From positions 2,882 through 66,881 of the forward strand of contig CAVPUZ010000024.1 of NCBI GenBank assembly GCA_963709055.1: a stretch of 64,000 nt of DNA. Reading direction: 5' to 3'. A program made the translations under genes and the position numbers. The notes under the pieces are model-generated. The model was not told the origin of the DNA. It worked only from the letters and a program-made list of their open reading frames with translations, and made no database searches. Source of the DNA: an uncultured Acidobacteriaceae bacterium. GTDB taxonomy: Bacteria > Acidobacteriota > Terriglobia > Terriglobales > Acidobacteriaceae. Positions within the stretch are counted from its first letter, which is position 1. Every line of letters begins with the position of its first letter. Below are positions 28,401 through 38,163 of the stretch, piece after piece.

Positions 28401-28600
28401 TCGAAGAGCGCTCCGAGAGAGACGAGATTATTGACGGTCAGAGCGACGTTGGTCTCCAGCCCATCGAGACGCTCCTGGGCAACGCCATTGAAGGAAGCTT
28501 GGGCGTTCCTGGTTTCGAGACTTCGGAGGGTAATGAAAATGATGGCGCTGACAAAGATGCCTGCGGCGAAAGTGCCTAACGTAGGTAAAATGCGGCGCAC
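25495..28600 (-). pseudogene. CHASE - PAS - GAF - PAS sensor histidine kinase, one frame change near 25750-25770
   Basis: ORF 25562-28600 has a TM helix, a CHASE-like periplasmic domain (ALEWIPRV...YFPVFFVAPLKGNEKALGFDL...RIKLVQE), a second TM helix, PAS, GAF and PAS domains, and the H-box RHAQKLEAVGSLAAGIAHEINTP. The ATP-binding end (ISDTGCGIP, GKGTGQGLAI) is in ORF 25495-25821. Confidence 0.85.
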
Positions 28601-28795
28601 AAATTCAATGACCTATCTCTTCTTGTCATCGTCAAAATAAGCATCGAACCTAAATCTCGGAGGGACCTAATTGTCGAACTCGGCCGAATGGATGTGAGCG
28701 TCGAAGGGTGAGCCCTTGACATAACGACGGTAACAATCTTGGGTCATGTGCGGCGTGCGTGATATCGAAGCTTGGTATCGGCTTTTGCGGGAGCG

Positions 28796-29644
28796 CTATT
28801 TGACGGCGCCGACGGTAAAGCCCGCAATGAAGCGGTCCAGAAACAGGTTGTACATGAACGCGATCGGGAGGCTGGCGATCAGGCAAGCGGCCATGAGCGC
28901 TCCCCAGTAGTAAACGTCTCCGCGCACCAGGAAAATGGGGATGCCGGTTCCGATCATCTGATTCGATTCGGAAGAGATAAAAGTCAGCGCGTAGACAAAT
29001 TCCTGCGTCACGAGCGTGAACGAGAAGATCACGACGGTGAGAATTCCCGAGACCGAGATCGGAATCACCAATTTGACGAAAGCACCGAAGCGCGTGAGCC
29101 CATCCACCATGGCAGCGTCTTCCAATTCCTTTGGAATCGACTTGAAGAAACCCATCAGAAGCCAGATAGAAAAAGGAACGGTGAAGGTGGGGTAGACGAG
29201 GATGAGCGCCCACAAGGAGTCCTGCAATCCGAGATAGGCCACCACTCGGGATAGTGGGATAAAGAGCAAGGTCGGCGGGATCAGGTAGGTGAGAAAAATA
29301 CCGATGCCTAAACGCTCACCCCAGCGCCCGGAGAGCCTGGCGAGCGAGTACGCCGCAGGCACCGCCAGAAACAGCGTTATGGCAACAACCACAACGCCCA
29401 CGAATGCTGTGTTGCCCAGCCAGCGCACAAATCGGGTCTGCGTGAACAGAAACGTCACATGCTCCAAGGTGGGTTTGGCATTAAAGATGAAGGGGTTGTT
29501 CTCCATCGTGTAGAGATCGACGTTTTGCTTGAAGCTGGTAATCAACATCCAATAAAAAGGAAAAGCGAGCAGGACGGTAAAAACAACAAGGACCAGGATA
29601 GTGCCCAGCTTTGCCCAGATGCGCTGGAAGATTCCTCTGGCCAT
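28796..29644 (-). CDS. carbohydrate ABC transporter permease (MalG-like)
   Basis: 282-aa ORF with six predicted TM segments and an EAA-type loop (ELEDAAMVDGLTRFGAFVKLVIP). Confidence 0.87.
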   Translation of the reverse strand: MARGIFQRIWAKLGTILVLVVFTVLLAFPFYWMLITSFKQNVDLYTMENNPFIFNAKPTLEHVTFLFTQTRFVRWLGNTAFVGVVVVAITLFLAVPAAYSLARLSGRWGERLGIGIFLTYLIPPTLLFIPLSRVVAYLGLQDSLWALILVYPTFTVPFSIWLLMGFFKSIPKELEDAAMVDGLTRFGAFVKLVIPISVSGILTVVIFSFTLVTQEFVYALTFISSESNQMIGTGIPIFLVRGDVYYWGALMAACLIASLPIAFMYNLFLDRFIAGFTVGAVK

Positions 29645-30559
29645 TTACGTCACCTCGGCGCGATTGGCCACGCGCAGCATGAAGTAGGCAATGATGACCA
29701 GTACCGGCACCAGGAAGAGCGAGATGGCCGCGCCAGCGGCGAGATCACTGCCCTGAATACCCAATGTAAACGCGAGATTCGGGAGGGTCTGGGTGGAATC
29801 GAAGGGGCCGCCCGCCGTAAGGATATAGACGACGGTCATATCGGTGAAGGTGAAAATGAGGCCGAACAGGATAGCGACGCTCATGATCGGCCGCATCATG
29901 GGAATGACGATCTGAAACTCCGTGCTCCAGAAGCCTGCTCCATCGACCGCAGCGGCTTCCGGAATATCTTTGGGAATGGCGGTCCTGCCCGCAAGCAAGA
30001 TGACGGTAGCAAATGGCAGCAGGCGCCAACTGTGCACCAGGAGGACGGAAGTGATGGCCAGGGTCGGTTCGCCGAGCCACATGGGCGCGCTGAACGGCTT
30101 ATAAATGTGGGCGTATACAAGAACCCAAGTGATCACGCTGTAGATGGAATCAAGGATCCATTTCCATCCAATAGCGCCTAATGCGATGGGCGCGACCCAG
30201 GGCAGCAGGATCAGAAAACGGATCAGGCCGCGGCCCGGAAATTTTGTTTCCAGAGCGATGGCAAGAATGTGAGCGCCGACGATTACGACGATCTGCGAGA
30301 CGATCGTGAAGATAAGCGAATTGCGGACGGCAATGCGAAAACTGGGGCTTTGGAGGATGCTGCGGAAATTTTCCAGGCCCACGAAATGCAGTTCGGTACT
30401 GCCGATGCGGGCATCGCTGAAAGCATAAAAAATAGCCAGACAAAAAGGTCCGCCGACCAGCAGCACGATGTAGAGAACCGCGGGCGAAAACATTGCCGCG
30501 CCCAGCAATGGACTTTGCGCGGCGCCGACGGATTTTATTTTCTTGCGGGCTAGCGCCAC
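29645..30559 (-). CDS. carbohydrate ABC transporter permease (MalF-like)
   Basis: 304-aa ORF with an EAA loop (IPEAAAVDGAGFWSTEFQIVIP). It abuts the downstream permease gene. Confidence 0.87.
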   Translation of the reverse strand: MALARKKIKSVGAAQSPLLGAAMFSPAVLYIVLLVGGPFCLAIFYAFSDARIGSTELHFVGLENFRSILQSPSFRIAVRNSLIFTIVSQIVVIVGAHILAIALETKFPGRGLIRFLILLPWVAPIALGAIGWKWILDSIYSVITWVLVYAHIYKPFSAPMWLGEPTLAITSVLLVHSWRLLPFATVILLAGRTAIPKDIPEAAAVDGAGFWSTEFQIVIPMMRPIMSVAILFGLIFTFTDMTVVYILTAGGPFDSTQTLPNLAFTLGIQGSDLAAGAAISLFLVPVLVIIAYFMLRVANRAEVT

Positions 30560-31587
30560 GACAAGGCCCTCGGCTCGACTCGCTTTTCCGTCACCCGATC
30601 GAAGAACTTCAGTTCGCGCTCTCCAACGACAAAGTCATACGTATCGCCTACGGTCAGCGCCTGAGAAGACGCGAGCCTTGAGGAGATTTCTTTGCCTTCG
30701 AGCTTTCCGCCTATCAGCGTGCCGGAAACGATCCACTCCGAACCCAGGTATTCGCGGTTCTCGAGTTTGAAGCGAAACGGGACAAAATCTCCCACGCCCG
30801 CGGAGCCGGGCCGGAAATGTTCGGGACGGAAGCCCACGATCACGTCGCCGAACTCGACGAGGTTCATTGGCGGTGAACCCAGAAAGGTCGCAACGAAGGT
30901 GTCGGCAGGATTGTCATAGACATCGGTGGGAGTGCCAAGCTGGTGTACGACGCCTTTATTTAGAACCATGACCCGGTCGCCCATGGCCATGGCCTCTACT
31001 TGATCGTGCGTGACGTAGATGGAAGTCGTACCCACGCGGCGGTGGAATTGCTCGAGCTCCTCACGTGCCGAGGCTCGCAGCTTGGCGTCGAGATTGGAGA
31101 GAGGCTCATCGAGAAGAAAAACGGCAGGCTCACGCACAATGGCCCGCGCCAGAGCGACCCGCTGACGCTCGCCTCCAGAGAGTTCGCGCGGCTTGCGTTC
31201 GAGGAGCGCGCCAATGCCAAGCAGGGATGCCGCCCATTCCACCTTTCCCTTATGCAGCTCTTTCTTCACCTTCTGAGCGCGCAGTGGGAAGGCAATATTC
31301 TTGTAGACCGAAAGATGAGGATAAAGCGCATAGCTCTGGAAGACCATGGCGATGCGGCGGTCGCGCGGACTGAGATCGTTGACCATGCGGCCGCCAATGA
31401 AAATTTCGCCGGACGTGGGAGCTTCCAGCCCGGCGATCATTCGCAAGAGCGTTGTTTTCCCGGAGCCCGAGGGTCCGAGGAAAACCAGAAACTCGCCTTC
31501 GCGAGTTTCGAAGTTCACGTTATTGACCGCTCCGAGTTGTCCTTCTTTGAATACCTTTGTCAGATCCCGCGTCTCAACGACTGCCAT
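30550..31587 (-). CDS. sugar ABC transporter ATP-binding protein (MalK/UgpC family)
   Basis: 345-aa ORF with Walker A GPSGSGKTT, signature LSGGERQRV, Walker B FLLDEPLS, and a C-terminal regulatory TOBE-like domain. Confidence 0.9.
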   Translation of the reverse strand: MAVVETRDLTKVFKEGQLGAVNNVNFETREGEFLVFLGPSGSGKTTLLRMIAGLEAPTSGEIFIGGRMVNDLSPRDRRIAMVFQSYALYPHLSVYKNIAFPLRAQKVKKELHKGKVEWAASLLGIGALLERKPRELSGGERQRVALARAIVREPAVFLLDEPLSNLDAKLRASAREELEQFHRRVGTTSIYVTHDQVEAMAMGDRVMVLNKGVVHQLGTPTDVYDNPADTFVATFLGSPPMNLVEFGDVIVGFRPEHFRPGSAGVGDFVPFRFKLENREYLGSEWIVSGTLIGGKLEGKEISSRLASSQALTVGDTYDFVVGERELKFFDRVTEKRVEPRALSWR

Positions 31588-31602
31588 CCGTCCCCCATCC
31601 GG

Positions 31603-32946
31603 TCATTTCCATCTGGCAAAGATACGCTTGTATTCCTCTTCGGCAGCCTTGGCGGCATTTTCCGGGGTTTCGTCGCCGCGCGCTACTTTGGCGAACATGG
31701 TAGGAATGATCCACGCTTTGAAGGCTTCGTCGATGCCGGCGGTGGCATAACCGGGATAACCGACGTTGGTCGCCCAATCCAGCACGTTGCCAAGGACTTT
31801 ATATTTGTCCGCCGGATTGGCCCGCGAATCGTAAGAGATTTCCTTCTTGAGGTCGGGAACTGTGCTGGGAAAGCAAGGGAAATTGTAAAACTGGCCAGCC
31901 GTGAACGACTCGTGGAAGGCGTCAATGAAATCGACCAGAAACTGTTGCGCCCCGTCCTTGTTTTCCGCGAAATCCCAGATTATGTAGCAGTCCATGACGT
32001 GCTCGGCGGCGATGCGACGTGCCGGCCCCTTCGGCGCCGCGCAGATCATGATCTTCGAGTCAATCGGCAGGTGCTCTCTTTCCGCCTGGCGAGTGATGGA
32101 GATAGCATTCGCGACATAAGAAACACGGCCCGCTAGCATGGCCTGATTGTTGGAGGGCGGAGTCCAGGTAAAGACCTCCGGCGTTTCGGACTCCTGATAA
32201 AGCGCCTTCATGAACTTCAGCGCTTCGACCGTCTGCTTGGAGTTGATGGTGACGTTGCCGGCTTCATCCTGCTCGGCGCCGCCGAACGACCAAAGCAGGG
32301 CACGCATGGCCATGCTGGTGTCGAGTTCCTGAGAAAGTCCCAAGCCACAAGGATGGCCTGACTTGTCCCTGATTTTCTTGGCGCCGACTCGCACATCCTC
32401 CCAGGTATCGGGACCGTTCGGGAACCCCGCTTCCGTCCACCAGTCCTTGTGCCAGTTGCCGGGATCAGGGACGTAGGAATCGGAGAAAGCGAAATAGCGT
32501 TTGGTCTTTGGGTTGTAGGTGGACTTGTGCGCAAGATCGATCTTCTTGCCGTGCTTTTTCTCCACTTCCTGGTACACGTGGGCCATGTCAATGGTTTGCT
32601 TCTCATAGGCCGCGGGCGGCGAGAGAAGCATGAACAGATCATGCCCTTTTCGTGCGGAAGCCTCAGAGGCGGCCTTCGCGTTCAGATCGACCAGGTTGAT
32701 ATGATCCACAATTACATTTGTGTTGTGCTTTTGCCCCCACTGCTTGCAGAAGGTTCCGTCAAACCAGGTGTCATATGCCGGGACGAAATGACTCCACTGG
32801 AGTATTTTCAGCGTTTTCTGCTGCGCCGCAGCTTTTTCTGGAAACAGAAAGAACGGGCCGGAAGCCACGCCCAATGCGAGGGCGCCGGTGCCTGTTTTCT
32901 TGATGAAATCTCGACGTGACAGCCTTTCTTGTTCTCTTCTTGCCAT
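31603..32946 (-). CDS. extracellular solute-binding protein (sugar ABC), Tat-type signal
   Basis: The track ORF is 31603-33015. The ATG at 32946 gives MARREQERLSRRDFIKKTGTGALALGVASG (twin-arginine motif). This is the first gene of the operon SBP-ATPase-permease-permease. Confidence 0.85.
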   Translation of the reverse strand: MARREQERLSRRDFIKKTGTGALALGVASGPFFLFPEKAAAQQKTLKILQWSHFVPAYDTWFDGTFCKQWGQKHNTNVIVDHINLVDLNAKAASEASARKGHDLFMLLSPPAAYEKQTIDMAHVYQEVEKKHGKKIDLAHKSTYNPKTKRYFAFSDSYVPDPGNWHKDWWTEAGFPNGPDTWEDVRVGAKKIRDKSGHPCGLGLSQELDTSMAMRALLWSFGGAEQDEAGNVTINSKQTVEALKFMKALYQESETPEVFTWTPPSNNQAMLAGRVSYVANAISITRQAEREHLPIDSKIMICAAPKGPARRIAAEHVMDCYIIWDFAENKDGAQQFLVDFIDAFHESFTAGQFYNFPCFPSTVPDLKKEISYDSRANPADKYKVLGNVLDWATNVGYPGYATAGIDEAFKAWIIPTMFAKVARGDETPENAAKAAEEEYKRIFARWK

Positions 32947-33369
32947 CCTGAATACCCTCCGAGAAAAGATGGGCCGTGAATGCACGCTCCTGAAATTGTC
33001 GGAGTTTGGCCGCACCGATAATGCTACCAGGGAGGCTCGCGAGTCAATCGGTAGCCTGTTTTTCCGGCTTCGAGAGAATGTTCAATACCTACGAAAATAA
33101 GGAAGCGCGCCTGGACCTGGACGAATCCAGCAGCCCGACCATACGAAGCTGTCCGGTATAGAGGGTGAAGATCCAATTGGGAGGTTAAATCTTGGTTGTG
33201 TCTCCCGAGAGCCTGGCTCGGATCAGGCAATGCAGGTTTTCGCCGGAGACCCAGTCGGATTTCGCAACGGCCGACCGCTCCGACTCATCCCTGGGATGGA
33301 GCGGCTTTCTCTTCCGAATTCCTGGACTGCACCGCATGTGTCAGTCCAGGAACCATCTTTCTACTCGCA

Positions 33370-34433
33370 CTAATGAATACACTTCGGCTTCTTGGTCAGA
33401 TAGTCATTATTCTTGTAAGTGTCGTAAATGCAGTTACCGTTGCCATCGACAATGTCGATGGTTTCGTTAGACATCGATGGAAAGAAGGATCTTGTGTCGT
33501 GTTGTTTTCCACTACGTTGTAAAGGCCTCCCCATTCCTCTGCGATCCCGAATCCCGGCGTATAAGGAAGGTCTCCATTATCCCCCGCTACGTTATCCAGT
33601 ATGTTGTTGCTGTTGGTGTGGCATTTCTCTGACGTATTATACTCGCCAATGGCTGAGCACCCCAGGTAAAACCCCGCTATGGAGTTGTAGTTAGCGAAGT
33701 TATCGGTGAAGGTGTTTCCCGTGCTGTTGTAGATCCAAAAGCCGTATTGGTAGTTGTTGCTGCCGGAACCATCGGTGTACGAGTTACCCGATCCATAGTA
33801 GACTTCGACGCCAGTCATGTTGTACTCGGAATCGCAATAGAGGCAAGCTGTTGCCCGTGACATTGTTGAGCATCAATCCTACTTGGTTGTCATAAGTTCC
33901 CATTGTTTTGATGGCGACGTTCGTGCCTTCACTCTCGACCCCATAAGTCCATCCGCACACATCTTCATCAAGCACAAAGTTGAGCGCCACATTGCTGACA
34001 CCTGGCAAAACATGGATTCCGACCGGAATGCCCTCGTTATCCTCGGGGTTCGGGCAAGAAATCTCTGCACAGCGGATGGCCAATCTTCTTTACTGCGGGG
34101 CTGCATAGCCCCGCGAATAAGTGCCGAAGAAGGAGGGGTAGCACACGAGTTGACACTTGGTCCGACAATCGAGCCCTTCACAGTGAGCGTGACTTGCGAT
34201 GCGTTGATGTCGATGCAACCATACTTTAGCGTGAGCCCCTGAAAGCCATAGATGTCGGTCGACACCTGATACTTGCCCGCCAATGAAATTGTGCAACCGC
34301 ACGCCGTGATGTTTTTCGCGCACTTGTTGTCTTGGGCGTTTGCGCGCACCGTGGTTGCCATGGTCAAAACCGCCAACACGATCGCTGCAGCCGCAAACCG
34401 ACTCGGGGTGATTCTCATATTCTCCATCTCCAT
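33370..34433 (-). pseudogene. secreted right-handed parallel beta-helix (PbH1/NosD-like) repeat protein, at least three frame changes
   Basis: The signal peptide (M)RITPSRFAAAAIVLAVLTMATTVRANAQ and the first repeats are in ORF 33879-34667. The middle is in ORF 33784-34083. Asn/Gly-rich beta-helix repeats (NSYTDGSGSNNYQYGFWIYNSTGNTFTDNFANYNSIAGFYL...NNILDNVAGDNG) are in ORF 33396-33863. The tail ...IDIVDGNGNCIYDTYKNNDYLTKKPKCIH ends at TAG 33370-33372. Confidence 0.55.
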
Positions 34434-35147
34434 TTTGGTTGAGCTCCGTTGCGGCCAAGCGCGCTCGGCACGGTGCTCCGTTTTGGGCTTGCAAACGCCC
34501 CACAACGATCTCTGAGTTCCTTTGTTGAAACCCGAAGCACTAATGGAAGCAACGGGGAAACCACTGTCGGCAACGATTGAATACCTGACTTGCGTCGGGT
34601 GGCTCGCGCGTTCCTGACACCCGTTCAGATCTCTCCAGAACAGCAGAGACAGGGATTGTCCTCTCAATCGCCAATCGTGTCAATGTGAAATAATTTGTCT
34701 GTCGCGTAGCATTCTTATCGAGCTCTCGCCGAATCGGCTCAGAACATTTCGGAGACTTACTATCCAACTCTGCTGGCCGACCGTATCATTGTGCCACTGA
34801 GGAACCTGATCGAGTAAGTGTTAGTTATACCGGGTTAGTCCCTTGGGCTAGATCGTTAGGAATAATTGTGTGAGCCCTTGCCGTGCCGGCCTGGAATTTC
34901 TGTGTTCGAGATTGCGGTCGTGCTGTTCTACCACGCGATATGAAGCGCCGCTCCGGCGCTCTGGTCGCGGTTCGACAGCGCCGTACTTTGCACTAAGAAA
35001 GATTTTGGTTCTTGACAAATATTCGGTCCGGGTATAGGTTGGCGCGACAGTTTTCCGGGTGGCTGTGAGCTGGTCCTGTGGCGACTAGCTCTAGCAAGAA
35101 TGCCCGCCTCCAAATGCGTACTTAGCCTGAATTAACAAGGTGAATTG

Positions 35148-36543
35148 ATGAAAACTTCAAGCAGACTACTGCGCACCGTGGAATTCACCGTTCTCATGGT
35201 CCTCTGTGCCATCCCTTTGGCCAGTGCTAAAGCGCGATTCGGATCGCCCGGCATCTCTTCAAGATTTTTCCAGATCTCGCAGGCACGGGTGCAGGCGCAT
35301 GTCGGCGCACGCGCGGCACCAAAAGCTTACGGCGGATGACGTCAATACTTTCCAGACAAACTTTCAAAGTCTCGTGACCTACCTTGGGCAGGCGCCCACC
35401 ACCAACCCGAACCAGCAGGCCCTGATTAACGATTTGCAGACGCAGATCAACGGCATGACGTCCCGATGAGATGACGCAGATGGCCGCCAACGCTGACGTG
35501 AACGCCTTTAACACCGCGGTAAGCACATTGTTTTCCACTCCACCCGGGAGCCCGGTCTTGCCCCCGAGTGATCCGCCCGCGAACCTCGTCGCTCCGCAGT
35601 ACGGAATTTGTACGCCCACGGCGGGGCCGCCACCAATTCCATCGGACGCCGCCACCCAGAAGGCGCTGCTGATCACCATCGAGGTGCTGGAGGGGCTCGA
35701 CATTGTCGCCGACGATCTGGCGAATCTCGACATTGAAGTTGTCGGCGAAGGTGCGAATATACCCTTGTCATCATCGCCATCGTGGCCGATGAAATCGTGT
35801 TTGCCCTGCAAACGACCATTGATCAGCTCACGTTTTGTGACATCAACGTTGAGGCCTCGCAGGTTACATCTACCTGGCAGAACAGCATCGTCATTGACAC
35901 GGACCTCGCGAACCTGAACCAGGGAGTCGACAGTAGTTTTAGCGCGATCAACAATCAGGTCACCAGCGTCGACACCGACGTGGACAACCACATCGCCAGC
36001 ATTGCGGGCAACACCAGCAGCCAATACACGCAGATCAACAACGAGCTCACCACGCTCGGCAACAATTTCAGCAGCCAGATTACCGGAGTGGATCTCGACG
36101 TCGATAATCACGTCGCTTCGCTCGACGTAACTCTCAGCAACAGTCTCACCAGCCTGGATGCCGATGTGAAGAACACCACCACTACTATCGGGACCAGCAT
36201 CGGGAACCAGATCACGCAGGTCGATACCGATGTTCTCAACCAGGCGGCTCAGACCAACGCCGCAATCGGCGGGTTTCAGAACCTCGACATCCGCATCAAG
36301 ATCGAGCTTGCACTGGCTCAGGGCCTGAGCATCGAGAGCTTCATCATGCCCAACACCAGCGGCGGATATCTGCAGACGGTTCGCTCGATCGTCGCCGACA
36401 TCATCGCGAAGATGCAGGCGGACAAGATGACGATAGGAACGGCAACAAAATCGCTGGCGCAGGGCGACACGGCTTCCGCGAATAAACAGTACATCACTGC
36501 CTATCAGGATTACGTGTCGGCGTATCAGGCTGCGTCCAAATGA
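35148..36543 (+). pseudogene. secreted N/T/D/Q-rich repeat protein, paralogue 1 (unknown family), three frame changes
   Basis: AAGG-type RBS, then the ATG at 35148. The signal peptide is MKTSSRLLRTVEFTVLMVLCAIPLASA. The pieces lie in ORFs 35145-35339, 35206-35469, 35471-35917 and 35782-36543, and are collinear with paralogue 2 throughout. Confidence 0.6.
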
Positions 36544-36644
36544 ACGGGCCGGGGCTGAGAAGCTTCGCCCGACGCAAGCGTATGGGAACCGGGGAAACGA
36601 TGAAGCTGCTGGCGAGCACAAAATTATTAGCGAGAAGGAACGTT

Positions 36645-38103
36645 ATGAAGATTCAATACCGCTTAAAAAGAAAGGCCTGGGAGCAGATCCACCGGACAAC
36701 GGGTGGGCTTCGTGGCTGGCTGCCCGCTCTTGCCATCGCCGTTCTTTCGGCGCTGTGCCTTCTCCCCTCGGCGAGCGCTCAAACGCGAGCCGCGTTTCCA
36801 TTTATCCCTTCTTCAGGCTCGCTCCGAGGCACGGATGCGCAGGTCCGCGCGCACATTGCCCGCGCCAAGGGCCAAGTGCTTACGGCGGATGACGTCAACA
36901 ATTTCCAGGCCAGCCTGACGAGTCTCGTCAACTTCATCGCGCAGTCGCCCACCAACAACCCGAATCAGCAGGCCTTGGTTAACGATTTACAGACACAGAT
37001 CAACGGCATGGACTCCACCGAGATGACCGGGTTAGCGAACTATACCGATGTGAACGCCTTTAACAACGCGGTCACCATACTTACGACTACGGTACCGCAG
37101 CCCAAGACCTTGCCGCCGTCCGATCCCCCGGCGAACCTTGTTCCTCCGCCTTATGGATATTGCCAGGAAACGCCGGCGGGGGTGTTGCCCTCGATTCCAT
37201 CCGACACCCCGACCGACAAGGCCTTGCTCATCACCCTCGAGGTGCTGGAGGCAATTCAGATTGTCGCCGACGAAAATCTGAACTCTGTGGATCTCGATCC
37301 TGGGTGAAGCGAACAATCTGCCAGACGTCATCATTGCCATCGTGGTCGATGAGATCGTGTTTGCCATCCAGACGACAAGCGACGAGCTTCAGTTTTGCGA
37401 TCCCTACACCGAGGCGGCCGAGGTCTTTGCCGGCTGGCAGAACTCCATCGTCATCGACACTGACATAGCCAACCTCGCCCTGGACGCCGGGAATCAGTTC
37501 ACCCTGCTCGAGAACCAGCTCACCACCATCAACGACGACATCGACACGCACATCTCCAGCATCGCGGGCAACACCAACAACCAATACATACAGATCAACA
37601 ACGAAATCACCGCGCTCACCAACAATTTCAGCAACCAGGCTAACTCTGTGGACCTGGATATTGATAACCACATCGCTGCCGTTAGCATAGCGCTCGCCAA
37701 CGGTATCGCCAGCGTGGACGCCGACGTGAAGAACAGCACCACTGGGGTCAGTACCAGCATCGGTAATCAACTCACCAATCTCGATACGGATGTCCTCAAC
37801 CAGGCGGCACAGACCAATGCCGGTATCACCGCCTTTCAGACCCTTGACGTGAGCCTCGACATTCAGCGGGCGCTGGAGGGGGGACTGAGCGTGGGACTGT
37901 TCGAACTGCCTTCCACGCAGGGTGGGTACATTCAGACCTTGCGCACAATCGTCGCCAACGCCATCAGCGGTTTGATTGCGGCTGGGCAGAACGTTGGAAC
38001 CGCAGCAAAATCGCTGGCGCAGGGCGATACCGCTCTCGCTGCCAGCCAATACAAGACTGCTTATAAGGATTACTTGGTGGCCTATCAGGCCGCGGTGAAA
38101 TAA
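36645..38103 (+). pseudogene. secreted N/T/D/Q-rich repeat protein, paralogue 2 (unknown family), one frame change at 37300-37307
   Basis: RBS GAAGGA, then the ATG at 36645. The signal peptide is ...WLPALAIAVLSALCLLPSASAQ. The N-terminal half is in ORF 36540-37307 and the C-terminal half is in ORF 37342-38103. The amino-acid homology to paralogue 1 continues upstream of the GTG at 37342 (DVIIAIV), so the two halves belong to one gene. Confidence 0.6.
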
Positions 38104-38163
38104 ACGAGCCAGGCACCATGCCAGGAATCAAGGACGATGACAAAACACGGAAGAGAGGGTTCG

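Noticed and set aside
35012-35045. TTGACA followed by TATAGG as a sigma-70-like promoter for paralogue 1
   Set aside because: The spacing is only about 15 nt and the -10 is poor. Promoter consensus in this lineage is uncertain, so this is not supportable as a feature without TSS data.
35227-36621. 464-aa ORF antisense to paralogue 1, and the similar 272-aa ORF at 37231-38049 antisense to paralogue 2
   Set aside because: The sense strand is dominated by GAC/ATC/ACC/AAC/GTC-type codons, whose reverse complements contain no stops, so a long shadow ORF is expected. The antisense translation is low-complexity (runs of V, D, G, R) with no start context. The sense frames carry a signal peptide, an RBS and paralogue-level conservation with synonymous third-position changes.
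35755-37310. Programmed ribosomal frameshifting as the explanation for the split paralogues
   Set aside because: The two sites need shifts of opposite sign. They lack a slippery heptamer (X XXY YYZ) and an obvious downstream structure. Paralogue 1 has two further frame changes elsewhere. Short homopolymer miscalls explain the data more simply. The site is kept as a finding only because of the positional coincidence.
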